Source of the DNA: an uncultured Eubacteriales bacterium
GTDB taxonomy: Bacteria; Bacillota; Clostridia; Christensenellales; Borkfalkiaceae
Assembly (NCBI GenBank): GCA_949745625.1
Contig: CATJZR010000084.1
Span: 1 to 37,512, forward strand
Direction: 5' to 3'
Length of the DNA: 37,512 nt
Shown here: piece by piece, positions 17,843 through 25,005 of the stretch
Position numbering within the stretch: position 1 is the first letter of the stretch
Layout of the letters: each line of letters begins with the position of its first letter
Notes under the pieces: model-generated
The model's database searches: none
Told to the model about the DNA's origin: nothing
Seen by the model: only the letters and a program-made list of their open reading frames with translations
Translations under genes and position numbers: made by a program

Positions 17843-18520
17843 ATGAAAAAGTTATTTTCGTTTTTAATTTCATTTTGTATGATAATTTGTTCGGTGAGTT
17901 TTATCGCCTGCGGCAAGTCTTACGACGAGGAAACATTAAAACTCGTTGCGGTCGACGCAAGCGCCGTGGGGCTTGCTAATGATATAGATTATTACGTTGT
18001 TGCCGAGCCTGCGGCAAGTTCCAAGGTTAAGGTTATACCGAATTTGTATTTTGCGGGAAGTCTTCAACAGCTTTACGGCGGCAACGGGTATCCGCAGGCA
18101 GTTGTTGTAGCAAAAAACAGGTTGTTGGGCAGTGATGCTTTGACTAATTTTATCCACGCGCTTTCAACAAGTCGCGAATGGCTTTTAAGTGAAGACGTTT
18201 CTATAGAAGCTATAACCGACGCAATCAACCCGCATCTTACGCAAGGGATGGAACCGGCAATTAAGCCGCAAAATCTAACTAAGGCGGTTATTGAAAACTG
18301 TAGCATTAATTTTGTGTCTTCAACGGCGGGAAAAGGAGATATAATTTCGTTTATGGAAAAGCTGAATTCCGTCGGTGGCGGGTCTTTCGGAATGCCTACA
18401 GATGAATTTTTCTGGGATGGTGGCGGTAGTAGCGAGTATATTGAAAAAATATGTGTTTATGCGCCCGACGGTGCGCCTGCGCTTGGTATGGCAAAGGCTA
18501 TGTCCGAAAATGAAGTTTAG
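17843..18520 (+). CDS. ABC substrate-binding lipoprotein (SsuA/NMT1-like), first reading-frame segment ending at an in-frame TAG
   Basis: Signal peptide with lipobox (SVSFIAC). The body resembles the C-terminal half of SsuA/TauA/NMT1-type binding proteins. The last ~25 aa (KICVYAPDGAPALGMAKAM) resemble the N-terminal first strand/helix of that family. Confidence 0.75.
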   Translation: MKKLFSFLISFCMIICSVSFIACGKSYDEETLKLVAVDASAVGLANDIDYYVVAEPAASSKVKVIPNLYFAGSLQQLYGGNGYPQAVVVAKNRLLGSDALTNFIHALSTSREWLLSEDVSIEAITDAINPHLTQGMEPAIKPQNLTKAVIENCSINFVSSTAGKGDIISFMEKLNSVGGGSFGMPTDEFFWDGGGSSEYIEKICVYAPDGAPALGMAKAMSENEV

Positions 18521-18835
18521 AATGCCGAGTATTTCATAGTCAACCCGAATACAGTTCAAGCACTTGTCGGCGGCGCCGAGCCCAAGGCCGATATTTGCGT
18601 CCTGCCCGTGAATATAGCGGTAAAGCTTTTGGGTAATGCAAAAAATTATAAGCTTGTCGGAACGCTTACACACGGTAATTTGTATCTGCTTTCAAAGCAT
18701 GGCGAGCGGATTAGCGAAGATAATATAGAAAAACTTAAAGGCTGTACGGTTGGGGTAGTCAATCTTGCCGCGGTGCCCGGGCTGACTTTTAAGGCTATTT
18801 TGCAAAGTCACGGTATCAGATTTACGGAACAATGA
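18521..18835 (+). pseudogene. in-frame continuation of the substrate-binding protein after TAG (N-lobe-like segment)
   Basis: Same frame as 17843-18520, with no stop until the TGA at 18833-18835. Encodes NAEYFIVNPNTVQALVGG...ADICVLPVN...KLKGCTVGVVNLAAVPGLTFKAILQSHGIRFTEQ. ATGA coupling to the permease. The ORF track only reports 18608-18835. Confidence 0.6.
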
Positions 18836-19614
18836 TTAAAGCTTATTTTTCAAAACGAAAATTCAATATTATTTTGTCGGCTTGCGCGTTTTTTACAATG
18901 TGGTTAATTTGGCTTATCGCTTATTACAGTGTAAGAAATGATTACATTATACCTTCTTTTAGCGAAACTATTAAAAGCTTCGGCGTGTGTTTGATTTCTG
19001 CTGATTTCTGGACGGCATTCGCGTTTACGGTATTACGGACGGTGGGTTCGTTTGCAATTTCTTTCGTATTTGCTACCGCGCTTGTCGCGTCGGGGGCGAT
19101 ATTCGGTAAAATAAATGCTTTCATAAAGCCTTTTATCGACGTTATGCGTACTTTGCCCACGCTTGCCGTCGTACTCATTTTGCTGTTTTGGACTACGCCT
19201 TCGGTTGCGCCTGTCGTCGTAACCGTACTAGTGCTTTTTCCTATGATTTACGCGCAGCTTTATGCTGCGGTAAAGGGTATAGACGGGGGCATTATAGAAA
19301 TGGCGGAGGTATATGGAATAGCAAAACGTGAAAGGTTGACGAAAATGTATCTTCCTATGATTTCGCCGAGCATTTTGGCACAGACAGGCGCGAACATATC
19401 GCTCGGTATTAAGGTTATGATTTCCGCCGAGGTGCTGGCAGGAACGTATGAAAGTATGGGCGGGCTTATGCAGAACGCACGCGTTTACGTCGATATGCCA
19501 CGGCTTGCGGCACTGACTTTAATTGCCGTTCTTACTGGACTGTGTATTGATTTATGCTTTTCGTTTACAGAAAAGTTTACGTTCAAATGGAGTAAAAAAG
19601 AGAGCTATGCTTGA
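18832..19614 (+). CDS. ABC importer permease (NitT/TauT-type, BPD_transp_1)
   Basis: 260 aa, 6 TM, EAA-loop-like EMAEVYGIAKRERLTKMYLPM. Confidence 0.9.
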   Translation: MIKAYFSKRKFNIILSACAFFTMWLIWLIAYYSVRNDYIIPSFSETIKSFGVCLISADFWTAFAFTVLRTVGSFAISFVFATALVASGAIFGKINAFIKPFIDVMRTLPTLAVVLILLFWTTPSVAPVVVTVLVLFPMIYAQLYAAVKGIDGGIIEMAEVYGIAKRERLTKMYLPMISPSILAQTGANISLGIKVMISAEVLAGTYESMGGLMQNARVYVDMPRLAALTLIAVLTGLCIDLCFSFTEKFTFKWSKKESYA

Positions 19615-20260
19615 AATTAGCTTATCAAAGAAATACGGCGATTTGATTGTTTACGACAGCTTTAAGCTTTCCGTAGAAGAGGGAAAAATACTCGGCGTTC
19701 TAGGTGAAAGCGGTAGCGGTAAAACTACGCTTTTGAACTGTATAGCGGGGCTCACACAATACGAAGGAAATATTCGCAAGCTAAAATGTTCGTATGTATT
19801 CCAGTCGCCGCGGCTCGTCCCTAACCTTACTGTCAGAGAAAATTTGCGTTTGATTTGTAAAAATGAAAAAGCCGTAAACGATATGCTTGAAAGGGTTTGC
19901 CTTTCAGACAAGGCAGAAAGCTATCCGGTCGGGCTTTCGGGTGGACAGGCGCAGCGTGTTTCGCTTGCGCGTGCTTTTCTGTTCGACAGCGAAATTATAT
20001 TGATGGACGAACCGCTTTCTTCGCTGGATTTAAGGCTGAAAAAGCAGATAATGGAATTGTTTTTATCTGTTTGGCAAAGTGATAGGCGTACTGCAGTTTT
20101 CGTCACGCATGATGTTGACGAAGCGCTTGCAATTTCTCATCGAATAATAGTTTTGCGTAGCGGCGAAATCAAGTACGATATATCGCCCGCAGGGCAACTG
20201 CCTCGCGATGTAAGTACGTGTGCGCAATATCGCGCTGAACTTATTTCGCGGTTGCTTTGA
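19607..20260 (+). CDS. ABC importer ATP-binding protein (NitT/TauT-type)
   Basis: 217 aa from the ATG at 19607 (MLEISLSKKYG), overlapping the permease stop by 8 nt. Walker A GESGSGKTT, signature LSGGQAQR, Walker B ILMDEPLSSLD, H-loop VTHD. Confidence 0.9.
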   Translation: MLEISLSKKYGDLIVYDSFKLSVEEGKILGVLGESGSGKTTLLNCIAGLTQYEGNIRKLKCSYVFQSPRLVPNLTVRENLRLICKNEKAVNDMLERVCLSDKAESYPVGLSGGQAQRVSLARAFLFDSEIILMDEPLSSLDLRLKKQIMELFLSVWQSDRRTAVFVTHDVDEALAISHRIIVLRSGEIKYDISPAGQLPRDVSTCAQYRAELISRLL

Positions 20261-20267
20261 AATTTGC

Positions 20268-20296
20268 TTGACAACGATTACTTACGAATTTATACT
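20268..20296 (+). promoter_or_regulatory. sigma-A promoter of mscL
   Basis: TTGACA (20268-20273), 17 nt, TATACT (20291-20296). Confidence 0.65.
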
Positions 20297-20324
20297 TTAA
20301 GCAAATAATATCTTGGAGACGTAA

Positions 20325-20867
20325 ATGAAAAAGTTTTTCTCGGAATTCAAAAAATTCATTACACGCGGAAACGTAATCGACCTTGCTGTAGGTATGATTA
20401 TCGGCGCGGCGTTTACGGCAATAGTAAACGCGCTGGTCAACGGAATATTTAAGCCGCTTATAAACGCTATACCTATGGGAAATATTCAGGGGCTTATTAC
20501 TATGTTAGTTCCCAAAAATTCTGAGGGTATACAGGTTCCCGCGAACTCGGCCGACATAGATTTGGCAAAGTCCGTCTATATAAACTGGGGCGACTTTATA
20601 ATGGCTGTCATTTCGTTCTTTATCACCGCGCTCGTTTTGTTCCTCATAATCAAGGCAATTAATACCGTGCGCGAAAATGGAAAAAGCCTTGCGGACAAAC
20701 AGAAAGAAAATATACAAAAGAAACTTAAAAAGGGCAAGATAACGGCAGAAGAGGCAGAACAGGAGGTTGCAGCTATCGATGCGGCTCCCGCAACGCCTGT
20801 CGAGACTACCGACGATTTACTTCGCGAAATAAGAGACCTTTTAAAGGCTGGAAATAAAACAGAATAA
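20325..20867 (+). CDS. mscL: large-conductance mechanosensitive channel
   Basis: N-terminus FKKFITRGNVIDLAVGMIIGAAFTAIVNALVNGIFKPLI is diagnostic. At 180 aa it has a longer loop and a charged C-terminal extension. Confidence 0.92.
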   Translation: MKKFFSEFKKFITRGNVIDLAVGMIIGAAFTAIVNALVNGIFKPLINAIPMGNIQGLITMLVPKNSEGIQVPANSADIDLAKSVYINWGDFIMAVISFFITALVLFLIIKAINTVRENGKSLADKQKENIQKKLKKGKITAEEAEQEVAAIDAAPATPVETTDDLLREIRDLLKAGNKTE

Positions 20868-20870
20868 TTA

Positions 20871-20898
20871 AAGCAGCGGAAATAAGCCGCTGCTTTTT
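20871..20898 (+). terminator. rho-independent terminator after mscL
   Basis: AAGCAGCGG / CCGCTGCTT stem, 7-nt loop, T-run. Confidence 0.85.
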
Positions 20899-20985
20899 AT
20901 AAATTAATTTAAAAATTGCGTTCAAAAACTTTATTTTATCAATATATTGTGGTATAATATAGTCGGAATACGCAGATATTGTGTA

Positions 20986-21288
20986 TTATACTATAAAAAA
21001 TGTAAAGCCGGAACGAAACGCCGTTATTATTAAGTAAATATTGAGTACACCTATTACAGGCATAAGCACCATAAGCAGGAGATTTTTTAATCTGTATCTC
21101 AAAATGAACATAGTGACGTATATTCCGATAGCTCCACCTAGAATGGCGGTTAAAATAAGCTTACCGTCGCCGCTGTTCATTTTGCCTTCGTCGCCGCACG
21201 ATTCGTCGCGTTGGGTTTTAAGCAGAATTACGGCGTAAAAGTTTACGGCGACTATATACACGATAAAAATAATGTATAACAAAAGCAT
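20986..21288 (-). CDS. small membrane protein, distantly DUF1294-like
   Basis: 100 aa, 3 hydrophobic helices. The central LTAILGGAIGIYVTMFILRYRLKN resembles the DUF1294 core. Weak assignment. Confidence 0.55.
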   Translation of the reverse strand: MLLLYIIFIVYIVAVNFYAVILLKTQRDESCGDEGKMNSGDGKLILTAILGGAIGIYVTMFILRYRLKNLLLMVLMPVIGVLNIYLIITAFRSGFTFFIV

Positions 21289-21335
21289 ATAAAAAGTATG
21301 CCTAAAAATTGACGTTTAATACAGTGAGGTAATCA

Positions 21336-21794
21336 ATGAGGTGTATTTACTGCGGATATGAGGATAGTAAGGTTATAGACAGCCGTTCTGCCGACGAGGG
21401 CAGGACTATAAGGCGTCGCCGTGAATGTTTCAGTTGCAATAAAAGGTTCACGACTTATGAGACTATTGAGGATACGCCGGTACTTGTAGTAAAAGCTAAC
21501 GGAACGCGGCAGACTTTTGACGCGCAGAAAATTAAGAACGGCATAATAAAATCGTGTGAAAAACGCCCCGTTTCGATGAGCGTAATCGATGAAATTGTCG
21601 GTGCGGTAGTCAAGCAGGTTTACAACACGATGGAGCAGGAAATTTCCTCTAAATCCATAGGTGAGCTGGTTATGGGAGAGCTAAAAAAGCACGATGAGGT
21701 TGCATACGTAAGATACGCGAGCGTGTATCGTTCTTTTAAAGATATTTCAAGCTTTTTGGAAGAACTTCAAAAAATGATGGAAAGCAAAAAATAG
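21336..21794 (+). CDS. nrdR: transcriptional repressor NrdR
   Basis: Zinc ribbon MRCIYCG...CFSCNKRFTTYE plus an ATP-cone domain. Confidence 0.96.
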   Translation: MRCIYCGYEDSKVIDSRSADEGRTIRRRRECFSCNKRFTTYETIEDTPVLVVKANGTRQTFDAQKIKNGIIKSCEKRPVSMSVIDEIVGAVVKQVYNTMEQEISSKSIGELVMGELKKHDEVAYVRYASVYRSFKDISSFLEELQKMMESKK

Positions 21795-21802
21795 AGGTTA
21801 TT

Positions 21803-21831
21803 CAGACAGTGGCGACACTGTCTGCATTTTT
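21803..21831 (+). terminator. hairpin terminator between nrdR and ispG
   Basis: 9-bp stem CAGACAGTG/CACTGTCTG with GNRA loop GCGA, followed by CATTTTT. Confidence 0.7.
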
Positions 21832-21838
21832 GTGGATT

Positions 21839-22891
21839 ATGAAAATTACTAAAAAAATTTATGCGGGCAATGTGATTATAGGCGGTGGCGAGCGAGTCAA
21901 AATTCAGTCGATGTGCACGCAAAAAACGTCTTTGACTGACGAGGTTATAAACCAAATTCACGGACTGGAAAAAGCGGGGTGCGACATTATTCGCGTTTCC
22001 GTTCTCGACGACGAAGACGCCGCTGCTATAAAAATTATTAAAGACGCTATAAATATTCCTATTGTTGCGGATATTCACTTTTCGCATAGGCTTGCCGTTT
22101 CCGCTATTGAAAACGGCTGCGATAAGGTGCGTATAAATCCCGGCAATATCGGCAACGAGGCTGCCGTCAAAACGGTTGCGGATTGTATAAAGGCTCATAA
22201 AATTTCAGTGCGTGTCGGTTCAAATACCGGCAGTATCGAGAAAGAGTTTCTGCAAAAATACGGTAGAGGAGCACCTGCTTTGGTTGAAAGTGCTTTAAAA
22301 AGCGTCTGTATGCTTGAAAAGTACGGCGTCGGAGACATAGTTATTTCTGTCAAGGCTTCGGACGTACCTACGACGGTAAAAGCTTATACTTTGCTTTCTG
22401 AAAAGACCGATTATCCTCTACACTTGGGTGTAACCGAAGCGGGGACGGAGCAAATGGCTGTAGTTAAGTCCTCGGCGGCGCTCGGCTCGTTGCTTTTGAG
22501 CGGTATAGGTGATACACTTCGTGTTTCGATAACTGACGAGCCCATAAAAGAGATATATGCCGCGAAGCGGATTTTGCGTGCCGTGGGGCTTGATAAAAAT
22601 TATGTGGACGTAGTTGCCTGTCCGACGTGCGGTCGTTGCCGATGGAATTCGATGCGGTTTGCACGAAGAGTCACCGATTATGTCGAAGGGTTTTCAAAGC
22701 CGCTGAAAATTGCGGTTATGGGCTGCGTGGTTAACGGACCCGGCGAGGCGAGGGAATGTGATTTGGGGATTGCTGGTGCGGAGGAATATTGCGTCATATT
22801 CAAGAACGGTGAGATAATCAGGCGCGTTGGCCGCGACGAAGCGGAGGAAGAGTTTATGAAGGAGATTGACGGGATAATAAATGATAGATAA
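21839..22891 (+). CDS. ispG: 4-hydroxy-3-methylbut-2-en-1-yl diphosphate synthase (flavodoxin)
   Basis: 350 aa from the ATG at 21839 (MKITKKIYAGNVIIGGG...VKIQSMC). C-terminal cluster motif CPTCGRC...GCVVNGPGE. The GTG at 21809 lies inside the terminator hairpin. Confidence 0.93.
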   Translation: MKITKKIYAGNVIIGGGERVKIQSMCTQKTSLTDEVINQIHGLEKAGCDIIRVSVLDDEDAAAIKIIKDAINIPIVADIHFSHRLAVSAIENGCDKVRINPGNIGNEAAVKTVADCIKAHKISVRVGSNTGSIEKEFLQKYGRGAPALVESALKSVCMLEKYGVGDIVISVKASDVPTTVKAYTLLSEKTDYPLHLGVTEAGTEQMAVVKSSAALGSLLLSGIGDTLRVSITDEPIKEIYAAKRILRAVGLDKNYVDVVACPTCGRCRWNSMRFARRVTDYVEGFSKPLKIAVMGCVVNGPGEARECDLGIAGAEEYCVIFKNGEIIRRVGRDEAEEEFMKEIDGIINDR

Positions 22892-24413
22892 GTGCTTACA
22901 TGAAATCCGCTTGCTTGATAATTTCCGTGACGCGATAATTAAGTCGGTCGTGCTTGACAGTCAGTCTGAAATCGTCGAGGTCAAAATTATTACAGATAAA
23001 GCTTTTCAAAACGGGGAGAAAGAAAAAATTTTTAACATTATACGGAAGATTATACCGTCAAAGTTCGGTTGTAAGGTAGAAGTGAATAAGCTGTCGCCGG
23101 ACGAGAAAATGGTAAAACAAAAAATTGAGGAAGTCGTCAAAGAAAATTTCAAAGCGCTTTCGGTTATCTTGACTGAAAAAGATATAGAAGTTCGTAAAAC
23201 CGAGAGGGGGTTTGAGTTTAGGTTGAGTGTTATGCGCGGAATGGCGAATGTCGAAATATGCAACGCGATAATAAAAAATCTCAAACGAAATTTTTGCGGT
23301 GAATTTTTTGGCGAATTCGTTGAGAATAAGTGTGACGCTCTTGATATAGAAGTGGACGAGGAGCAAGAAAACATCGAGTTCGAAATGCCTACTCGCTATT
23401 TTGATATTGCCAATTTTACACTGCTGGAAGGTGGCGAGAAACAGAAAAAAGCGGTGTATATCAGCGATTTGAATTTCGAGGGTGAAAATGTGGTTGTGTG
23501 CGGAACGATAGACGATTTCCGCGAAAGAAATTATACGAACTCAAAAAATCAAGAAAAGACTTATTTCAGCTATACCCTCAATGACGGCACCGCCGCGCTC
23601 AGGGTCACTTATTTTCCGCGCTTGAAAAGCATAGAGAAAATCCGTCCACTCAAAGTGGGTGACAGTATAGTTTGCACGGGCAAGTCGGAACTATATAACG
23701 GCATGATTCGGTATACCGCAAACTTAATAGACCTAGGTACCATACCTGAAAACTTTGTCCCCGAAAAACGCCCCTCGAAACCTGTTCCGAAGTTTTATTC
23801 TGTAGTAAAGCCGCAACCGTTCTCTGATATCGAGCAGACGGATATGTTTACGGCAGTCACCATACCAGAGTGTATTAAAGATAAAACATTTGTCGTGTTT
23901 GACCTTGAAACCACGGGGCTTAATTGCGCCCCGACCTCGGGCAATATGGATGCAATAATAGAAATCGGTGCTTATAAAATCGCGAACGGGGTAATAAGCG
24001 AAAGTTTTTCTACGTTCGTAAATCCTCAGCGCAAACTTTCGGATGAAATAATCAACCTAACTGGAATTACCGAAGATATGGTAAAGGATGCGCCCGTAAT
24101 AGGCGAGGTTATGCCCGACTTTTTTAAGTTCTGCCAGGGTAATATTCTTGTCGGGCACAATGCGGCAAACTTTGACTTCAAATTCGTGGATTACTATTGC
24201 TCGAAGCTCGGATATATACTTGATAGACAAGTAATGGACACAATTCCTCTCGCGCAAGAGCTGCTGTTCTTATCCAACTATAAACTGAATACTATTGCAG
24301 ACCATTTTAAAATTACTTTTAATCACCATAGGGCGATTGATGACGCATACGTAACGGCAAAAATATTTTTAGAGCTTATAAAAATAAAAAAATCTTTGCC
24401 AAAACTGCAATAA
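22881..24413 (+). CDS. PolC-like N-terminal/OB-fold plus DEDDh 3'-5' exonuclease protein (no polymerase domains)
   Basis: 510 aa. Exo motifs FVVFDLETTGL, VGHNAANFDFKF and HHRAIDDAYVTAKIF closely parallel the B. subtilis PolC exonuclease. The preceding OB-like segment is VVVCGTIDDF...LRVTYFPR...VGDSIVCTGKSE. Confidence 0.85.
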   Translation: MIDKCLHEIRLLDNFRDAIIKSVVLDSQSEIVEVKIITDKAFQNGEKEKIFNIIRKIIPSKFGCKVEVNKLSPDEKMVKQKIEEVVKENFKALSVILTEKDIEVRKTERGFEFRLSVMRGMANVEICNAIIKNLKRNFCGEFFGEFVENKCDALDIEVDEEQENIEFEMPTRYFDIANFTLLEGGEKQKKAVYISDLNFEGENVVVCGTIDDFRERNYTNSKNQEKTYFSYTLNDGTAALRVTYFPRLKSIEKIRPLKVGDSIVCTGKSELYNGMIRYTANLIDLGTIPENFVPEKRPSKPVPKFYSVVKPQPFSDIEQTDMFTAVTIPECIKDKTFVVFDLETTGLNCAPTSGNMDAIIEIGAYKIANGVISESFSTFVNPQRKLSDEIINLTGITEDMVKDAPVIGEVMPDFFKFCQGNILVGHNAANFDFKFVDYYCSKLGYILDRQVMDTIPLAQELLFLSNYKLNTIADHFKITFNHHRAIDDAYVTAKIFLELIKIKKSLPKLQ

Positions 24414-24416
24414 AGC

Positions 24417-24445
24417 TTGCTTTTTCAATATGGATATGATAATAT
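24417..24445 (+). promoter_or_regulatory. sigma-A promoter of the rimP-nusA-infB operon
   Basis: TTGCTT (24417-24422), 17 nt, extended -10 TGaTAATAT (24437-24445). Confidence 0.6.
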
Positions 24446-24516
24446 TATGGTAACCTTAATCGATACAAGAGATTGAGTGCCTTTCAAGGCACTCAATAAT
24501 CATATAAAGGGGAGTT

Positions 24517-24975
24517 ATGCAGTTTAAACCTGTTGAAGAGATACGCGCAGCTATAGAAGGAACGGCTGTCAGTATGAATATCGAAATTGTCGATATAATG
24601 TTCGACGGTAAGTCGAATGCGCTTACAGTGTACATCGATACGGAAAATGGGCTGGACCTCGATACGTGTGAGAAGTTCCATAGGGCGATAGACACGTTAA
24701 TTGACGAACTTGACCCCTCCTATGGTCAGCCGTATACATTCAATGTTTCAAGTCCTGGTCTTGACAGACCGTTTAAAACGCCACGTGATTTCGAAAGAAA
24801 TTTACAGCGTGAGGTGGAGTTGAGGCTATACTCTCCATTGAAGGGCAAAAAGTTTATAGAAGGTATATTGACGGACTTTGACGAGCATTCGGTAACCGTA
24901 AAGACGGAAAAGGAAGAGCTTAAAATAACCTTCAATAAAATTGCGAAAATAAACAAAGCAATAAAATTCGAATAA
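24517..24975 (+). CDS. rimP: ribosome maturation factor RimP
   Basis: 152 aa. The motif FNVSSPGLDRPFK and the position upstream of nusA. SD AAGGGGAG upstream. Confidence 0.93.
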   Translation: MQFKPVEEIRAAIEGTAVSMNIEIVDIMFDGKSNALTVYIDTENGLDLDTCEKFHRAIDTLIDELDPSYGQPYTFNVSSPGLDRPFKTPRDFERNLQREVELRLYSPLKGKKFIEGILTDFDEHSVTVKTEKEELKITFNKIAKINKAIKFE

Positions 24976-25005
24976 AAACGAGCAGGATTTATCAGGAGAA
25001 ATGAT

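Noticed and set aside
18518-18520. The in-frame TAG as pyrrolysine or a reassigned sense codon
   Set aside because: TAG terminates at least four well-defined genes in this window (rbfA, truB, the TM1266-like gene, the bPH gene), and no pyl genes are visible. I treat it as a nonsense codon or error unless genome-wide data say otherwise.
20325-20867. An unusually long MscL (180 aa) as a possible fusion
   Set aside because: The extra length is a loop insertion plus a charged C-terminal tail without a recognisable extra domain, which is within the known variation of the family.
21286-21323. A fourth leaderless candidate (DUF1294-like gene, CATACT 6 nt from the ATG on the minus strand)
   Set aside because: The -10 match is poor and I found no acceptable -35, so the evidence is insufficient.
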